Shown here piece after piece: positions 1 through 10,173 of a stretch of 64,000 nucleotides of DNA. The DNA lies in NCBI GenBank assembly GCA_963734535.1, contig CAVTHS010000014.1, forward strand, positions 96,001 through 160,000. Reading direction: 5' to 3'. Within the stretch, counting starts at the first letter, position 1; every line of letters begins with the position of its first letter. The DNA is from an uncultured Chloroflexia bacterium. Lineage in GTDB: Bacteria > Chloroflexota > Limnocylindria > Limnocylindrales > CSP1-4. The notes under the pieces were generated by a model. That model was not told where the DNA came from, searched no databases, and saw nothing but the letters and a program-made list of their open reading frames with translations. The position numbers were made by a program, and so were the translations under genes.

Positions 1-338
1 CGTCTCGTTCACGGCGGAGCCCGGCGACCTCGTTGTCGCGGCCGCGGGTCGATCGTGGACCGTCCGACACGGCGACGGCCGGGCGACATCGTGCGCTGCG
101 CCCGTCGCCGTCCTGCGCGGGGCGCGGGAGGCCCTTCCCATCATCGAGGCACTGCTCGATCGGTGCGCCGTCGCAAGCGGCGCGTGACATCGCACCGCTC
201 AGCGACAGAGCGGGCTCTCCTCTTCCCGAAGCGCGCCGCGGACGCCTCCTGTTCCCGCGAGCGAGCTTACGGCACGCTTCGTGCTCGCAGTCCCGCGGAT
301 CGCGGCGCCGACCCCGGGCGCGTGTCTCGTCCCAGGTC

Positions 339-2138
339 TCAGCGGCGGCCGTAGAGCGGACCGAACGTCGCGCAGGCGCGGAAGTCCGCGCCTTCGGGAT
401 CGGCCGTCCCGAGGTTGGCCCATGCGCTCGGCCGGAAGAGGTCCTCCTCCGGGACGTTGTGCATGTGGACCGGGATTCGCAGGACCGAGGCCAGCGTGAT
501 GAGGTCGGCCCCGATGTGGCCGTAGCTGATCGCGCCGTGGTTGGCGGCCCAGTTCGCCATCACCGTGTAGACGTCGCGGAAGGGCCCGACACCGTTCACG
601 CGCGGCACGAACCAGTGGGTTGGCCAGGTCGGGTCGGTGCGCGCGTCGAGGATGTCGTGGACCTCCTTCGGGAGGTCCACCGTCCAGCCCTCGGCGATCT
701 GGAGGACCGGGCCAATGCCCGAGACCAGGTTGAGGCGAGCCATCGTCATGGGCATCCCGCCCCGGCTGACGAACTGCGACGAATACCCGCCGCCCCGGAA
801 GTAGCCCCGGCTGGCGGGGTACCAGGTGGTCGCCTCGAGGGCCGACCGGACGTCACCCTCGGTGATCTCCCAGAACGGCTTCATCGCGGGCTCGCCGTCC
901 GCGGTCATCGCGCCCGTCGCGTCGAGCGTGGCCGCGCCCGAGTTGATGAGGTGGATGAAGCCGCCCGCAGCGACGCCCTCGAGATCGTGGCCCGTGACGC
1001 GCTTGACCGCCTCCGGGCTCCAGTACGTGCGGACGTCGGCGAAGATCTGGGCACGGTTGGTCAGCAGGTAGCTGAGCAGCATCGTCGCGCCGTTGAGGCT
1101 GTCGTTCTCGGTCGCGAAGATGTGCGGAGCGCGGATCCCGTTCCAGTCGAACGACGAGTTCAGGATCGCTTCCATGAAGTCGCCGTTGGGGGCGTGATCC
1201 GTCCACTGGCGCTGGCCCTGGAACCCGCCCAGGATCGCGTTCCGGCCCATCGCCTCCTCGCCGAAGCCCAGCTCGGCCAGGCGCGGGTTGCCGACCAGGA
1301 GATCGCGGGTGATCAGGGTCATCTTGACCACGGTCTCCCAGTCGCGGTCCTTCTCCTCGCGACTCTTCTGCAGGTCGGAAGGGTTGTGGTCCGCGCCCTC
1401 GGTGCAGTTCGCCTTCGCCCAGGCCAGGCCCTTCGCGAACTCGACCGGGTCGTAGATGCCCTCGTCCATCCGGCGGGCCAGCTCGGACATGTCCACGCAC
1501 TCGACGCGCATGCCGAGGTACTTCTCGAAGAACGGCTGGTCGACGATCGAGCCGGCGATTCCCATCGAGACGCCGCCGAGCGAGAGGTACGACTTGCCGC
1601 GCAGGATCGCCGCGGCGAGGCCGGCCTTCGCGAAGCGCAGGATCTTCGCCTGCACGTCCGCCGGGATCGTGCCGTCGTTCGCGTCCTGGACGTCGCGGCC
1701 GTAGATGCCGAAGGCCGGCAGGCCCTTCTGCGTGTGGGCGGCGAGCACGGCCGCGAGGTAGACCGCCCCCGGGCGCTCGGTGCCGTTGAAGCCCCAGACC
1801 GCCTTGGGGGTCAGGGGATCCATGTCCATCGTCTCGGACCCGTAGCACCAGCACGGGGAGATCGTGATCGAGACGCCGACGCCCTCGACCCGGAAGAGCT
1901 CGGCGACCTTGGCCGCCTCGTAGACGCCGCCGATGGTGTGGTCGGGAACGACCACCTCCACGGGCGTCCCGTCCGGGTAGCGCAGGTTCGCGGCGATGAG
2001 GTCGGCCGTGCGGCGCGCCATCGCCTTCGTCTGGGACTCGAGCGATTCGCGAATTCCGTGCATGCGGCCGTCGATGGCGGGCCGGATGCCGATCTTCGGC
2101 CAGGCGCCCACGAAACGGCCGGCGGGACTGCTCGTCAT
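339..2138 (-). CDS. fucI: L-fucose isomerase
   Basis: 599 aa; [60 protein letters not shown] and NWAANH motifs of FucI; AGGAG RBS upstream. Confidence 0.97.
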   Translation of the reverse strand: MTSSPAGRFVGAWPKIGIRPAIDGRMHGIRESLESQTKAMARRTADLIAANLRYPDGTPVEVVVPDHTIGGVYEAAKVAELFRVEGVGVSITISPCWCYGSETMDMDPLTPKAVWGFNGTERPGAVYLAAVLAAHTQKGLPAFGIYGRDVQDANDGTIPADVQAKILRFAKAGLAAAILRGKSYLSLGGVSMGIAGSIVDQPFFEKYLGMRVECVDMSELARRMDEGIYDPVEFAKGLAWAKANCTEGADHNPSDLQKSREEKDRDWETVVKMTLITRDLLVGNPRLAELGFGEEAMGRNAILGGFQGQRQWTDHAPNGDFMEAILNSSFDWNGIRAPHIFATENDSLNGATMLLSYLLTNRAQIFADVRTYWSPEAVKRVTGHDLEGVAAGGFIHLINSGAATLDATGAMTADGEPAMKPFWEITEGDVRSALEATTWYPASRGYFRGGGYSSQFVSRGGMPMTMARLNLVSGIGPVLQIAEGWTVDLPKEVHDILDARTDPTWPTHWFVPRVNGVGPFRDVYTVMANWAANHGAISYGHIGADLITLASVLRIPVHMHNVPEEDLFRPSAWANLGTADPEGADFRACATFGPLYGRR

Positions 2139-2213
2139 GGGATTGGTCTCCTGTCGTGAGGCGGGCGCTCCGACCGTTCGGGCGCGTCCGCGCGGGGGCG
2201 TCTCGTTCGGTGC

Positions 2214-2633
2214 CTACTCGGGCATGACCACGCCGATGGTCAGCAGGATGTTGGCGTAGATGCGCTGCTCGCCGGTCGAGATCGCGAGCGCGAGGTCGGG
2301 GCTCCGGGCCATGTCGTAGAACTGGAAGCGGCCCAGGCGCTGGAGCTCCGTCCCGGGCAGCATCCCGCGGAATTCGCCGAAGACGGCGGGCTCCTCCCCG
2401 TTGTCGGGGCCCATGACGTGCGCCGCCTCGATCGGGATCGCTTCGACCAGGACGCGCAGGACGTCGGTCACGGTCACCAGGCCGGGCGCGAGGTTGAGGT
2501 GGACCCGGTGGGCGCCCGGGCTCGAGCGCGTCAGCAGCGGGTAGTTGCCGTCGGCGATCAGGACCTGGGCGCCGTGGCCGGCCTCCCCGAGCGCCTGAAG
2601 GATCTCCGGGTGGAGCAAGCGGGTCTTCAGCAT
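2214..2633 (-). CDS. fucU: RbsD/FucU family mutarotase (L-fucose mutarotase)
   Basis: 139 aa; GHG..VLIADGNYP, RFQFYD and TGEQRIYANILLTIGV motifs; adjacent to fucI; AGGAGG RBS. Confidence 0.85.
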   Translation of the reverse strand: MLKTRLLHPEILQALGEAGHGAQVLIADGNYPLLTRSSPGAHRVHLNLAPGLVTVTDVLRVLVEAIPIEAAHVMGPDNGEEPAVFGEFRGMLPGTELQRLGRFQFYDMARSPDLALAISTGEQRIYANILLTIGVVMPE

Positions 2634-2795
2634 CGTGGACTCCTCCTGTGGCGGCGGGCTGGCGAGGCGGGGGCACCGGTCTGCAGGGCGCAGCGGGAGA
2701 TCCCTGCGAGATCGAGGCGGCCGTCGAGCACGGCCCCCGGGGCCGTCACGCCGATTGCGGCCGGGCCGCGCTGCCGCGCAGGGAGGCGAGGACGT

Positions 2796-3872
2796 CTACG
2801 CAAGGGTCAGCGAAGCGGCTTCTGCCGTCGATCTCTTGTTCAGGACGGACAGCCCAGGCGGCGCACCACTCGAGCGGCGGATGCGCAGCTCGCTCGGCAG
2901 GATCACCTCGCGACCCGGGCCCGAGATCGTCCCATCGAGCCGGGCAAGCATGAGCTCGGCGGCGCGTCGCCCGATCTCGTAGGCGGGCTGGTCCACCACC
3001 GTCATGAACGGATCGGACAGCCAGGCGACGGGCAGGTCGTCGAACGCCACGATCGACACGTCCTCCGGCACCCGGATACCCGCGTCACGGAGCGATCGCA
3101 TCGCACCGAACGCGATGAAGTTGTTTGCGGCGAAGATCGCGGTCGGCCTCGGATCGACAGCCAGGACCTCCTGCGCCATCCGGTTTCCGTCCACCTGGTT
3201 GTACTCCCCGTAGTTGTACTCGCCGTAGCGGACCAGGTCGTCGTCCAGCTCGAGCCCGGCGTCGAGCATGGCCCGGCAGTAGCCTGCGACGCGGTCGATC
3301 GAGGTGGAGACGCTCCGGCGACCGGTCAGCACGGCAATGCGGCGGTGTCCGAGACCGATGAGGTGCTGCGTGAGCGTGTACGCCCCCGCTTCCGAGTCGG
3401 ATCGAACGCTGTCGATCTGGCGGGACTGGATGCGACGGTCGATGACGACCACCGGCATATGGTGCGACGACAGCAGGCGCAGCGACTTCCCGCTCGTGCT
3501 CGCGGGAACCAGCAGCACGCCGTCCACCTGGCGCTGGACCAGCATCAGCAGGTACCTGGCCTCTTCCGCCTCCGACTCGTCCGTGTTGCAGAACATGACG
3601 GAGAAGCCCTGCGCCCTGGCCACGTCCTCGACGCCGCGGGCGATGGTGGTGAAGAAGGGATTCATGATGTCGGAGAGAACCAGCGCCAGCATCTTGGTCC
3701 GCTTCGACCGCAGTTGTCGCCCGACCGCGTTCGGGACATAGGCGAGCTCCGCGATCGCTGCCTCGACGCGCGACCGGGTCTCCCGGCCGATGTACCCGGA
3801 GTTGTTGATGACGCGCGAGACCGTCATGGCGGAGACGCCCGCCAGCTTCGCGACGTCGTTGATCGTGCTCAT
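2796..3872 (-). CDS. LacI-family transcriptional regulator
   Basis: TINDVAKLAGVSAMTVSRVIN HTH plus sugar-binding domain (PTAIFAAN, VPEDVSIVAFDD). Confidence 0.95.
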   Translation of the reverse strand: MSTINDVAKLAGVSAMTVSRVINNSGYIGRETRSRVEAAIAELAYVPNAVGRQLRSKRTKMLALVLSDIMNPFFTTIARGVEDVARAQGFSVMFCNTDESEAEEARYLLMLVQRQVDGVLLVPASTSGKSLRLLSSHHMPVVVIDRRIQSRQIDSVRSDSEAGAYTLTQHLIGLGHRRIAVLTGRRSVSTSIDRVAGYCRAMLDAGLELDDDLVRYGEYNYGEYNQVDGNRMAQEVLAVDPRPTAIFAANNFIAFGAMRSLRDAGIRVPEDVSIVAFDDLPVAWLSDPFMTVVDQPAYEIGRRAAELMLARLDGTISGPGREVILPSELRIRRSSGAPPGLSVLNKRSTAEAASLTLA

Positions 3873-3929
3873 CCGGTGATCCCCGCGTGACTTCGGTCAG
3901 GGGTTCCCGTGAACGGCCCACGGTGAGAA

Positions 3930-3960
3930 TGGGGGCTGCCCGCCCTGCGGACAGCCCCCA
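3930..3960 (-). terminator. Stem-loop after the ABC binding-protein gene (terminator or mRNA stabiliser)
   Basis: TGGGGGCTGTCCGC-AGG-GCGGGCAGCCCCCA on the minus strand; 14-bp stem with one G-U pair; no clear U tract. Confidence 0.6.
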
Positions 3961-3983
3961 GTGGTTGCGGGCCAGGCGAGGGG

Positions 3984-5039
3984 CTACTTGTAGAGGACCG
4001 CCTGGATGGCCGGGTCGTTGATGTTGGTCTTGTCGAACCACATGAAGCCGGTGTCGATCTTCTGCGGCAGGGTCTTGCCGTTGATGGCGTCGACCGCGGC
4101 GTCGACGCACTTGGCACCGATGCCGATCGGGTTCTGGGTGATTGCGCCGGCCTCGACGCCGCTGGTGATCGCGTCGATCTGCTGCTGGCCGGAGTCGTAG
4201 CCGATGGCCACGATCTTGCCCTCGTTGCCGGTCTCCTTGAGCGCGTTGAGGACGCCCTTGATGGAGCCCTCGTTCGCGCCGAAGAAGCCCTTGAGGTCGG
4301 GGTTGGCCGTCATCATCGCCTTGGCGATGTCGGCGGACTTGACCGCGTCGCCCGCGCCGTACTGGGGCGGGAGGACCTTGATGTTCGGGTACTTCGCCGC
4401 CATCTGGGCGAGGAACCCGTCACGCCGAGTGATGCCAGTCTGGCTGGTCTGGTCGTGGACGATGACGCCGACCGTGCCCGCGTTGCCGATGAGGCTGGCC
4501 ATGTGGTCGGCGGCGACGGCGGCGGCCGCGGTGTTGTCGGTCGCGACGGTCGTCACCGGGATGGTGCTGTCGACGCCGGAGTCGAAGCCGACGACGGGGA
4601 TCTTGGAAGTCTGGGCCTGCGCCAGGAGGGCGCCCGCGGCCTTGCTGTCAAGGGCCGCGAAGCAGACGGCAGCGGGGTTGTTGCTGAGGGCTGTCTGCAG
4701 CATGGTGAGCTGCTTGTCGATTTCGGACTCAGTCGCCGGGCCCTGGTAGGTCGCCGTGACGCCGAGCTTGGCGGCCTCATCGAGGGCGCCCTTCTTGACG
4801 GCCTGCCAGAACTGGTGCTGCTCGCCCTTCGAGATGATGGCGATCGTCTTGCCCTTGGCCGCACCGGCGTCCGTGGGCGCGGTATAGGCCGAGGCCGCTC
4901 CGCCGGCCGAAGAGGCCTGGGCCGATGCCGCAGCGGCGCTCGCCGCCGGCGCGGTCGTGGCGCTGCCGGAGCAGGCGCTGGCCACCAGGGCCAGGGTCAT
5001 CGTGCCAGCCGCGAGGCTGGTGATGCGCGTGAGCTTCAT
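3984..5039 (-). CDS. Sugar ABC transporter substrate-binding lipoprotein (RbsB-like)
   Basis: Lipobox LVASAC, Ala/Ser/Thr-rich linker, KGEQHQFWQAV, GFDSG and ITQNP motifs. Confidence 0.92.
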   Translation of the reverse strand: MKLTRITSLAAGTMTLALVASACSGSATTAPAASAAAASAQASSAGGAASAYTAPTDAGAAKGKTIAIISKGEQHQFWQAVKKGALDEAAKLGVTATYQGPATESEIDKQLTMLQTALSNNPAAVCFAALDSKAAGALLAQAQTSKIPVVGFDSGVDSTIPVTTVATDNTAAAAVAADHMASLIGNAGTVGVIVHDQTSQTGITRRDGFLAQMAAKYPNIKVLPPQYGAGDAVKSADIAKAMMTANPDLKGFFGANEGSIKGVLNALKETGNEGKIVAIGYDSGQQQIDAITSGVEAGAITQNPIGIGAKCVDAAVDAINGKTLPQKIDTGFMWFDKTNINDPAIQAVLYK

Positions 5040-5133
5040 GTACTCCTCCGTGTTCCTTGCTGAACCGCTATTCCCGATCCCGGCCGCCGCGCGGCCGGTG
5101 TTGGGGCCGAAGTGAAGAGGGGTCGTGTGCCCC

Positions 5134-6168
5134 TCAGGCGCGACTGCGCCGGCGCATGATGTCGAGGTAGACGGCGCCGATGACCACGAGACCCGTGATC
5201 ACCGACTTCCACTGGTCGGGAACGCCCGCCACCGAGAGGCCGATGCGCAGCGTGCTGATGAGGAAGGCACCGATGATCGTGCCGACGACGCTCCCCTCGC
5301 CCCCGGAGAGGGAGGTGCCCCCGATGACCGCCGCTGCGATCGCGTCGAGCTCGTAGCCCATCCCGAGGCCTGGCTGGGCGGAGTTCATGCGCGAGGCGAT
5401 GACGATGCCGGCCAGGCCTACGAACAGGCCGTCAACGATGTAGACGATGATCTTCCAGCGATCGGTGTTGACACCGGAGAGCCGTGTCGCCTCTTCGTTG
5501 GAGCCGAGGGCAAACGTGTACCTGCCGAGGATCGTCTTGTTGAGGAGGATCCACGCGACGGCCGCGCCGCCCAGCATCACCCACACGATGTTCGGGATCC
5601 CGACGATCGGCTTGTCCATGAAGAACTTCTGGAAGCCGGGCTGCGTCGCCTCGAAGTAGATCGGATGCACGTCCGAGAGCACCTGGGCCATGCCGAGCGT
5701 GACGTAGAGCATACCCAGGGTGGCGATGAACGGCGGCAGCTTGAGCTTCGCGATGAGAAAGCCGTTCGTCAGGCCGACCAGGGCGCCCGCCGCGAAGGCG
5801 GCGAGCAGGCCGATCGGGAGCGGCAGCCCCAAGTTGACGGACACGAGCCCCATCACCACCGACGAGAAGGTCATGGCGGTGCCGAGCGAGAGGTCGATGC
5901 CCCCGGTGATGATCACGAACGTGACGCCGGTCGCGAGCACACCGTTGACCGCTGTCGCCGTCAGGATGTCGATGTAGTTGTTGGTGCTCGCGAAATGGGG
6001 GACGACGATCGAGAAGAAGACAAGCAGGATGACGAGGGCGCCGAGGGCCAGCAGGCGCTGGATCGATTCGCCCTTCATGAGCGACTGGGCGCGCGAGGGT
6101 GCGGGCGCGGGAGTCGACTGCATCGGTTCGCTGCCTCGTGGCTGACCGGTTGGGTTGGTGGCACTCAC
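5134..6168 (-). CDS. Sugar ABC transporter permease (RbsC-like)
   Basis: [14 protein letters not shown] and [19 protein letters not shown] motifs; many hydrophobic segments. Confidence 0.95.
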   Translation of the reverse strand: MSATNPTGQPRGSEPMQSTPAPAPSRAQSLMKGESIQRLLALGALVILLVFFSIVVPHFASTNNYIDILTATAVNGVLATGVTFVIITGGIDLSLGTAMTFSSVVMGLVSVNLGLPLPIGLLAAFAAGALVGLTNGFLIAKLKLPPFIATLGMLYVTLGMAQVLSDVHPIYFEATQPGFQKFFMDKPIVGIPNIVWVMLGGAAVAWILLNKTILGRYTFALGSNEEATRLSGVNTDRWKIIVYIVDGLFVGLAGIVIASRMNSAQPGLGMGYELDAIAAAVIGGTSLSGGEGSVVGTIIGAFLISTLRIGLSVAGVPDQWKSVITGLVVIGAVYLDIMRRRSRA

Positions 6169-7673
6169 GCGGCGGCCACCGATTCGCGTTGGGTGGCCAG
6201 CGTCATGATCCGTTCCTGGGTCGCCTCCGCGGAGGTGAGCTCACCGGTGATGCGCCCTTCGCACATCACGAGGATGCGGTGGCTCATCCGGAGGATCTCG
6301 GGCAACTCCGAGGAGATCATGATGATCGACTTGCCCTGCTTGGCCAGGTCGTTGAGCAGCCGGTAGATCTCGCTCTTCGCCCCCACGTCGATGCCTCGCG
6401 TCGGCTCATCGAAGATGAGGATGTCGGTGTCGGCTGTCAGCCACTTGGCGATGACCACCTTCTGCTGGTTGCCGCCGGAGAGGTTCTTCACCCGTTGGGA
6501 GATCCCAGGCGTCTTGATCGCGAGGGCCTTGACCTGCTCCAGGGCCTGCCTCCGCGTGGTGCCGGTCCTGACCCAGCCGAACCAATTCGCGAAGCGGCCC
6601 AGGGAGGCGAGGACCGTGTTGACCTCGACGTCCATGCCGAGCGCCAGGCCGTAGCGCTTGCGGTCCTCGGAGAGGTACGCGATCCCGTGCTGAACGGCGT
6701 CGCTCGGCGAGCGGACCGTGGCCGGCTGGCCCTGGATCGTGATCGTGCCGGACTCCGGTCGGTCGGCGGCGAAGATGGCGCGCATGACCTCGGTGCGGCC
6801 TGCGCCAACGAGGCCGGCCACCCCCAGGATCTCACCGCGGTGGAGCTGGAAGCTGATGTCCTGGACCTGGCGACCGCGATTGAGCCCCCTGACCTCGAGC
6901 ACGACGTTCGGGTCGCGCTTCTCGGGAAGCTCGGGCGTCGCTTCGAAGACGGTCCGGCCGACCATCATGCTGATGATCTGCTGGATCTCGGCCTCGGCCG
7001 TGTTGACGGTCGCGATGTAGCGTCCGTCGCGCATGACCGTGATCCGGTCCGAGATCTTCTTGAGCTCCTCCAGGCGGTGGGAGATGTGGACGATGCCCTT
7101 CCCCTGGCCACGCAGGTGGCGGATGATCCGGAAGAGCTCCTCGATCTCCGTGTCGGTCAGGGCGGCCGTCGGCTCGTCCATGATCAGGACGGCCGAGTCG
7201 TAGCTGAGCGCCTTCGCGATCTCGACCATCTGCTGCTGGGCGACCGCCAGGGAGCCCACCCGCGTGCGCGGGTCGAGGTTCAGGTGGAGATCGTCGAAGA
7301 GCCGGCGTGCCTTGGCGTTCAGCGCCGCTTCATCGAGGAAGGGCCCGCGGCGCGGCTCGCGGCCGATGAAGATGTTCTGGGCCACCGTGAGGTGGTACAT
7401 GAGGTTCAGCTCCTGGTGGATGATGCTGATCCCCAGGGACTGGGCGGCATGGGGGGTGGGGACCTCCACCTCGCTGTCCTTGACTCGGATGGTGCCGGCA
7501 TCCCGCCGATAGATGCCGGCCAGGATCTTCATCAGCGTGGACTTGCCGGCCCCGTTCTCGCCGACGAGGGCATGGACTTCGCCGGCGCGAAGGTCGAAGC
7601 GACAGTCGTCGAGGGCGTGCACGCCAGGGAAGCTCTTGCTGATGCCGGTCATCTCGACCAGGAGCTCAACCAT
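6165..7673 (-). CDS. Sugar ABC transporter ATP-binding protein (RbsA/MglA-like, two ABC domains)
   Basis: Walker [30 protein letters not shown]; start reassigned to ATG 7673 behind an AGGGAGA RBS. Confidence 0.95.
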   Translation of the reverse strand: MVELLVEMTGISKSFPGVHALDDCRFDLRAGEVHALVGENGAGKSTLMKILAGIYRRDAGTIRVKDSEVEVPTPHAAQSLGISIIHQELNLMYHLTVAQNIFIGREPRRGPFLDEAALNAKARRLFDDLHLNLDPRTRVGSLAVAQQQMVEIAKALSYDSAVLIMDEPTAALTDTEIEELFRIIRHLRGQGKGIVHISHRLEELKKISDRITVMRDGRYIATVNTAEAEIQQIISMMVGRTVFEATPELPEKRDPNVVLEVRGLNRGRQVQDISFQLHRGEILGVAGLVGAGRTEVMRAIFAADRPESGTITIQGQPATVRSPSDAVQHGIAYLSEDRKRYGLALGMDVEVNTVLASLGRFANWFGWVRTGTTRRQALEQVKALAIKTPGISQRVKNLSGGNQQKVVIAKWLTADTDILIFDEPTRGIDVGAKSEIYRLLNDLAKQGKSIIMISSELPEILRMSHRILVMCEGRITGELTSAEATQERIMTLATQRESVAAA

Positions 7674-7767
7674 CGCGGATTCTCCCTGCGCTCGCGTGAC
7701 GGGGCGGGCGGGTCCACGGCCGGCTGTCGGACCCGCGGGGGACGCGCATGTGGCTCGACATCGCCGG

Positions 7768-7820
7768 GTGTTATCGATATCCGTTATCGATAACACATTG
7801 CAGACTAGCGCACGTGTCAA
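7768..7820 (-). promoter_or_regulatory. Tandem LacI-type operators and TTGACA -35 upstream of the fucose ABC operon
   Basis: GTGTTATCGATATCCGTTATCGATAACAC holds two CG-centred palindromes (GTTATCGATAAC is perfect); TTGACA on the minus strand at 7820-7815; -10 not clear. Confidence 0.75.
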
Positions 7821-7871
7821 TAGCCCCGCGGGGGCAGTTCGATACCTCGAAGGAGTCGTTCGGGACCGTTT

Positions 7872-8696
7872 TCAGACGACGGAGGTCTCCACGTGGAAGG
7901 CGGCGACCACCGCGCGCATCTCGTCCCCGCTCAGCCCCTCCGCGCGCTGTCCGGCAAGCAGATCCATGTACTCGTAGCGGGCGGCCGTCTCCGCGTACTC
8001 GATGCGGTCCGCGGCGCGCGTGATCGAGATGTCGGATCGGGACATCACACCGTGCTTACCCCACAGGACGACGCGGTGCGTGCGCAGCCCGGCGACGTTC
8101 GCGGCCATGAGCTCGGCTGATCCGGGCACCATGAAGGGGAGCACGCCGACACCCTGCGGGAGGTTGACGATCGTCTCGGGCTCCCAGCGCAGGAGACGCC
8201 GGTTGAAATATGCCTCGTCCCGGTACTCGGGAACGTGGCTCAGGTAGACGAGGTGCGGCGGCTGGGCGTGCATGACGGCGTGAACGTTCGTGTCGGCCCG
8301 CGCGATGGTGTCGTCGTGGACCCCCAGGTGCGAGTTCCACTCGCTGGTCAGGCCGTCGAAAAGACAGCGGGGCGACGTGAAGAGCGTGCCGGTCGTTCCG
8401 TCCGCGTGGACCAGGACGACGCCGAGGTTCGCCGCCGGGTCGCTCGCGATGTCACGCAGCCGCCGGCCGGAACCGGTCACGACGATCCGCCAGCCGCCGA
8501 GATGGGGCGCGGAAAGGGGAAGCTCGATCTCCCGGGCGACCGGGAACTGGCGACGGACCTCGATGGGCCATCCGACACACACCGAGATGTTGCCGGCGCC
8601 ACCCTCGCTCGCGCCGATCGCCGCGATCCGGCTGCCCGCCTCGCCGATGGAGACCAGGATCTCGCTGAGCTCCGGGAACGGCTCCCTGGCTGGCAT
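7872..8696 (-). CDS. rhaD: Class II aldolase, rhamnulose-1-phosphate aldolase-like
   Basis: EGGAGNIS, VTGSG, TSEWNSH, VMHAQP, WEPET and VLWGKHGV motifs; ATG 8696 with GAGGTG RBS. Confidence 0.8.
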   Translation of the reverse strand: MPAREPFPELSEILVSIGEAGSRIAAIGASEGGAGNISVCVGWPIEVRRQFPVAREIELPLSAPHLGGWRIVVTGSGRRLRDIASDPAANLGVVLVHADGTTGTLFTSPRCLFDGLTSEWNSHLGVHDDTIARADTNVHAVMHAQPPHLVYLSHVPEYRDEAYFNRRLLRWEPETIVNLPQGVGVLPFMVPGSAELMAANVAGLRTHRVVLWGKHGVMSRSDISITRAADRIEYAETAARYEYMDLLAGQRAEGLSGDEMRAVVAAFHVETSVV

Positions 8697-8722
8697 GCGC
8701 CACCTCGATTCTCGGTTCCTGC

Positions 8723-8799
8723 TTGAGGCTTCGCCTTTTGGCGTGTATTCTATGCCAAGTCGAAACCATTCGGAAACACCCGCATGGATTCGTTCGTCG
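8723..8799. promoter_or_regulatory. Overlapping divergent promoters with 10-bp phased repeats (candidate DeoR/RhaR site)
   Basis: + strand TTGAGG-17-TATTCT; - strand TAGAAT at 8752-8747; repeats TCGAAACCAT/TCGGAAACAC/CCGCATGGAT. Confidence 0.5.
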
Positions 8800-8883
8800 G
8801 TATCCCGGTCCCGCCGGGACGCCATCGGAGGTGCGCCGGGTGCTCGGCTGCGACCGGCGCGTGGGCAACAGGCAGGACGGCCA

Positions 8884-10173
8884 ATGAGCGGAGACGGGAG
8901 CACGGGCGCCATCGGGTCGCGCGACACCATCCGGTCTCGTGAGCCCAGCCGGTCGCGGACCCCTCGGTCGGGCGGGGCCGGATGGCCGATCGTCAACACG
9001 CACGTGCACCTGCCCCCGAACTTCTCGGCGTTCGAGACCGCCGAGGACGCCATCGAGACCGCCACCGCGGAGGGGATCCGGGTCCTCGGGGCCTCGAACT
9101 TCCACGACCGGCGGATCTACGGCAGGTTTGCCGAGGCGGCTGCGGCTGCCGGCATCGTCCCCCTGTTCGGGATCGAGTCGATCAGCGTCATCGACGCCGA
9201 GCGCGACGCCGGCGTGAAGGTGAACGACCCGGCGAACCCGGGCCGGATCTACCTCTGCGGGAAGGGCGTCGATCCGTTCGCGACGCCCACCGGGTCCGCC
9301 GGAGCCCTGGCGGCACGGGCGCGAGACGAGGACGCGAGGCGCATGCGCTCCATGGTCTCGCTGCTCGCCGACCGCTTCACGGCCGCCGGTCTCGGCACGG
9401 CGCTCACCGCGGAGAACATCGCGGAGCACGTCGCGGAGCGGGCCGGCTGTCCGCTCGAATGGGTCGTGCTGCAGGAGCGCCACGTGGCGATGGCATTCCA
9501 GGAGGCGCTCTTCGTCGCGGTGGCGCCCGAGCGGCGGCACGACATCCTGTCCCGTGCCTTCGGGGGGCCTGCGGCCGCATCCACCACGAATCCGATCCTG
9601 GTCCAGGACGAGATCCGCTCGCGCCTGATGAAGGCGGGCCGCCCGGCGTTCGTCCCGGAGTCACCGGTGTCGTTCGACGACGCCTACCAGATGATCCTCG
9701 GGTCGGGTGGGATTCCCTGTTATCCGACGCTCGCGGACGGCGCCGCGCCGGTCTGCCCGTGGGAGGAGCCGCCCGACGCGCTCGCGCGGCGCGTGCTCGG
9801 CGTGGGCATTCACGTCGCCGAGCTGATCCCGAACCGGAATGCTCCGGCCGTCGTGGACGCGTACGTCGCCGCATTCCGCCGGGCCGGCCTCCTCGTGATG
9901 GCGGGGACGGAGCACAACACGCGCCAGCGGATCCCTCTCGAGCCCCGCTGCGCAGACGGATCGCTGCCGTCGGCCGGTGCGCGTGCGGCATTCTGGGAAG
10001 CAACGTGCGTGGTCGCCGCTCACCAGCACCTCCGGGCATCCGGCCAGCCGGGCTTCGTCGACGGCCGCGGCGAGCTGAACCCGGGCTTCCCGGACGGTCC
10101 ATCGCGGACCCGCTGGTTCTCCGAGCTCGGCGCCGACCTGATCGACGCGGCATCAGGGGTGGACGCTCGATGA
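8884..10173 (+). CDS. PHP-domain metallohydrolase of unknown substrate
   Basis: NTHVHLP, GASNFHD, FGIES, ELIPNRN and AGTEHN metal-ligand-like motifs; ATGA overlap with the next gene. Confidence 0.7.
   Translation: MSGDGSTGAIGSRDTIRSREPSRSRTPRSGGAGWPIVNTHVHLPPNFSAFETAEDAIETATAEGIRVLGASNFHDRRIYGRFAEAAAAAGIVPLFGIESISVIDAERDAGVKVNDPANPGRIYLCGKGVDPFATPTGSAGALAARARDEDARRMRSMVSLLADRFTAAGLGTALTAENIAEHVAERAGCPLEWVVLQERHVAMAFQEALFVAVAPERRHDILSRAFGGPAAASTTNPILVQDEIRSRLMKAGRPAFVPESPVSFDDAYQMILGSGGIPCYPTLADGAAPVCPWEEPPDALARRVLGVGIHVAELIPNRNAPAVVDAYVAAFRRAGLLVMAGTEHNTRQRIPLEPRCADGSLPSAGARAAFWEATCVVAAHQHLRASGQPGFVDGRGELNPGFPDGPSRTRWFSELGADLIDAASGVDAR

Noticed and set aside
1-338. Possible gene start (GTG near 12, minus strand) or ncRNA downstream of fucI
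   Set aside because: Too little sequence at the window edge to support a call
33-2159. 708-aa + strand ORF and many similar long Arg/Pro/Gly-rich ORFs across the window
   Set aside because: Antisense or off-frame shadows of real genes in high-GC DNA; no motifs
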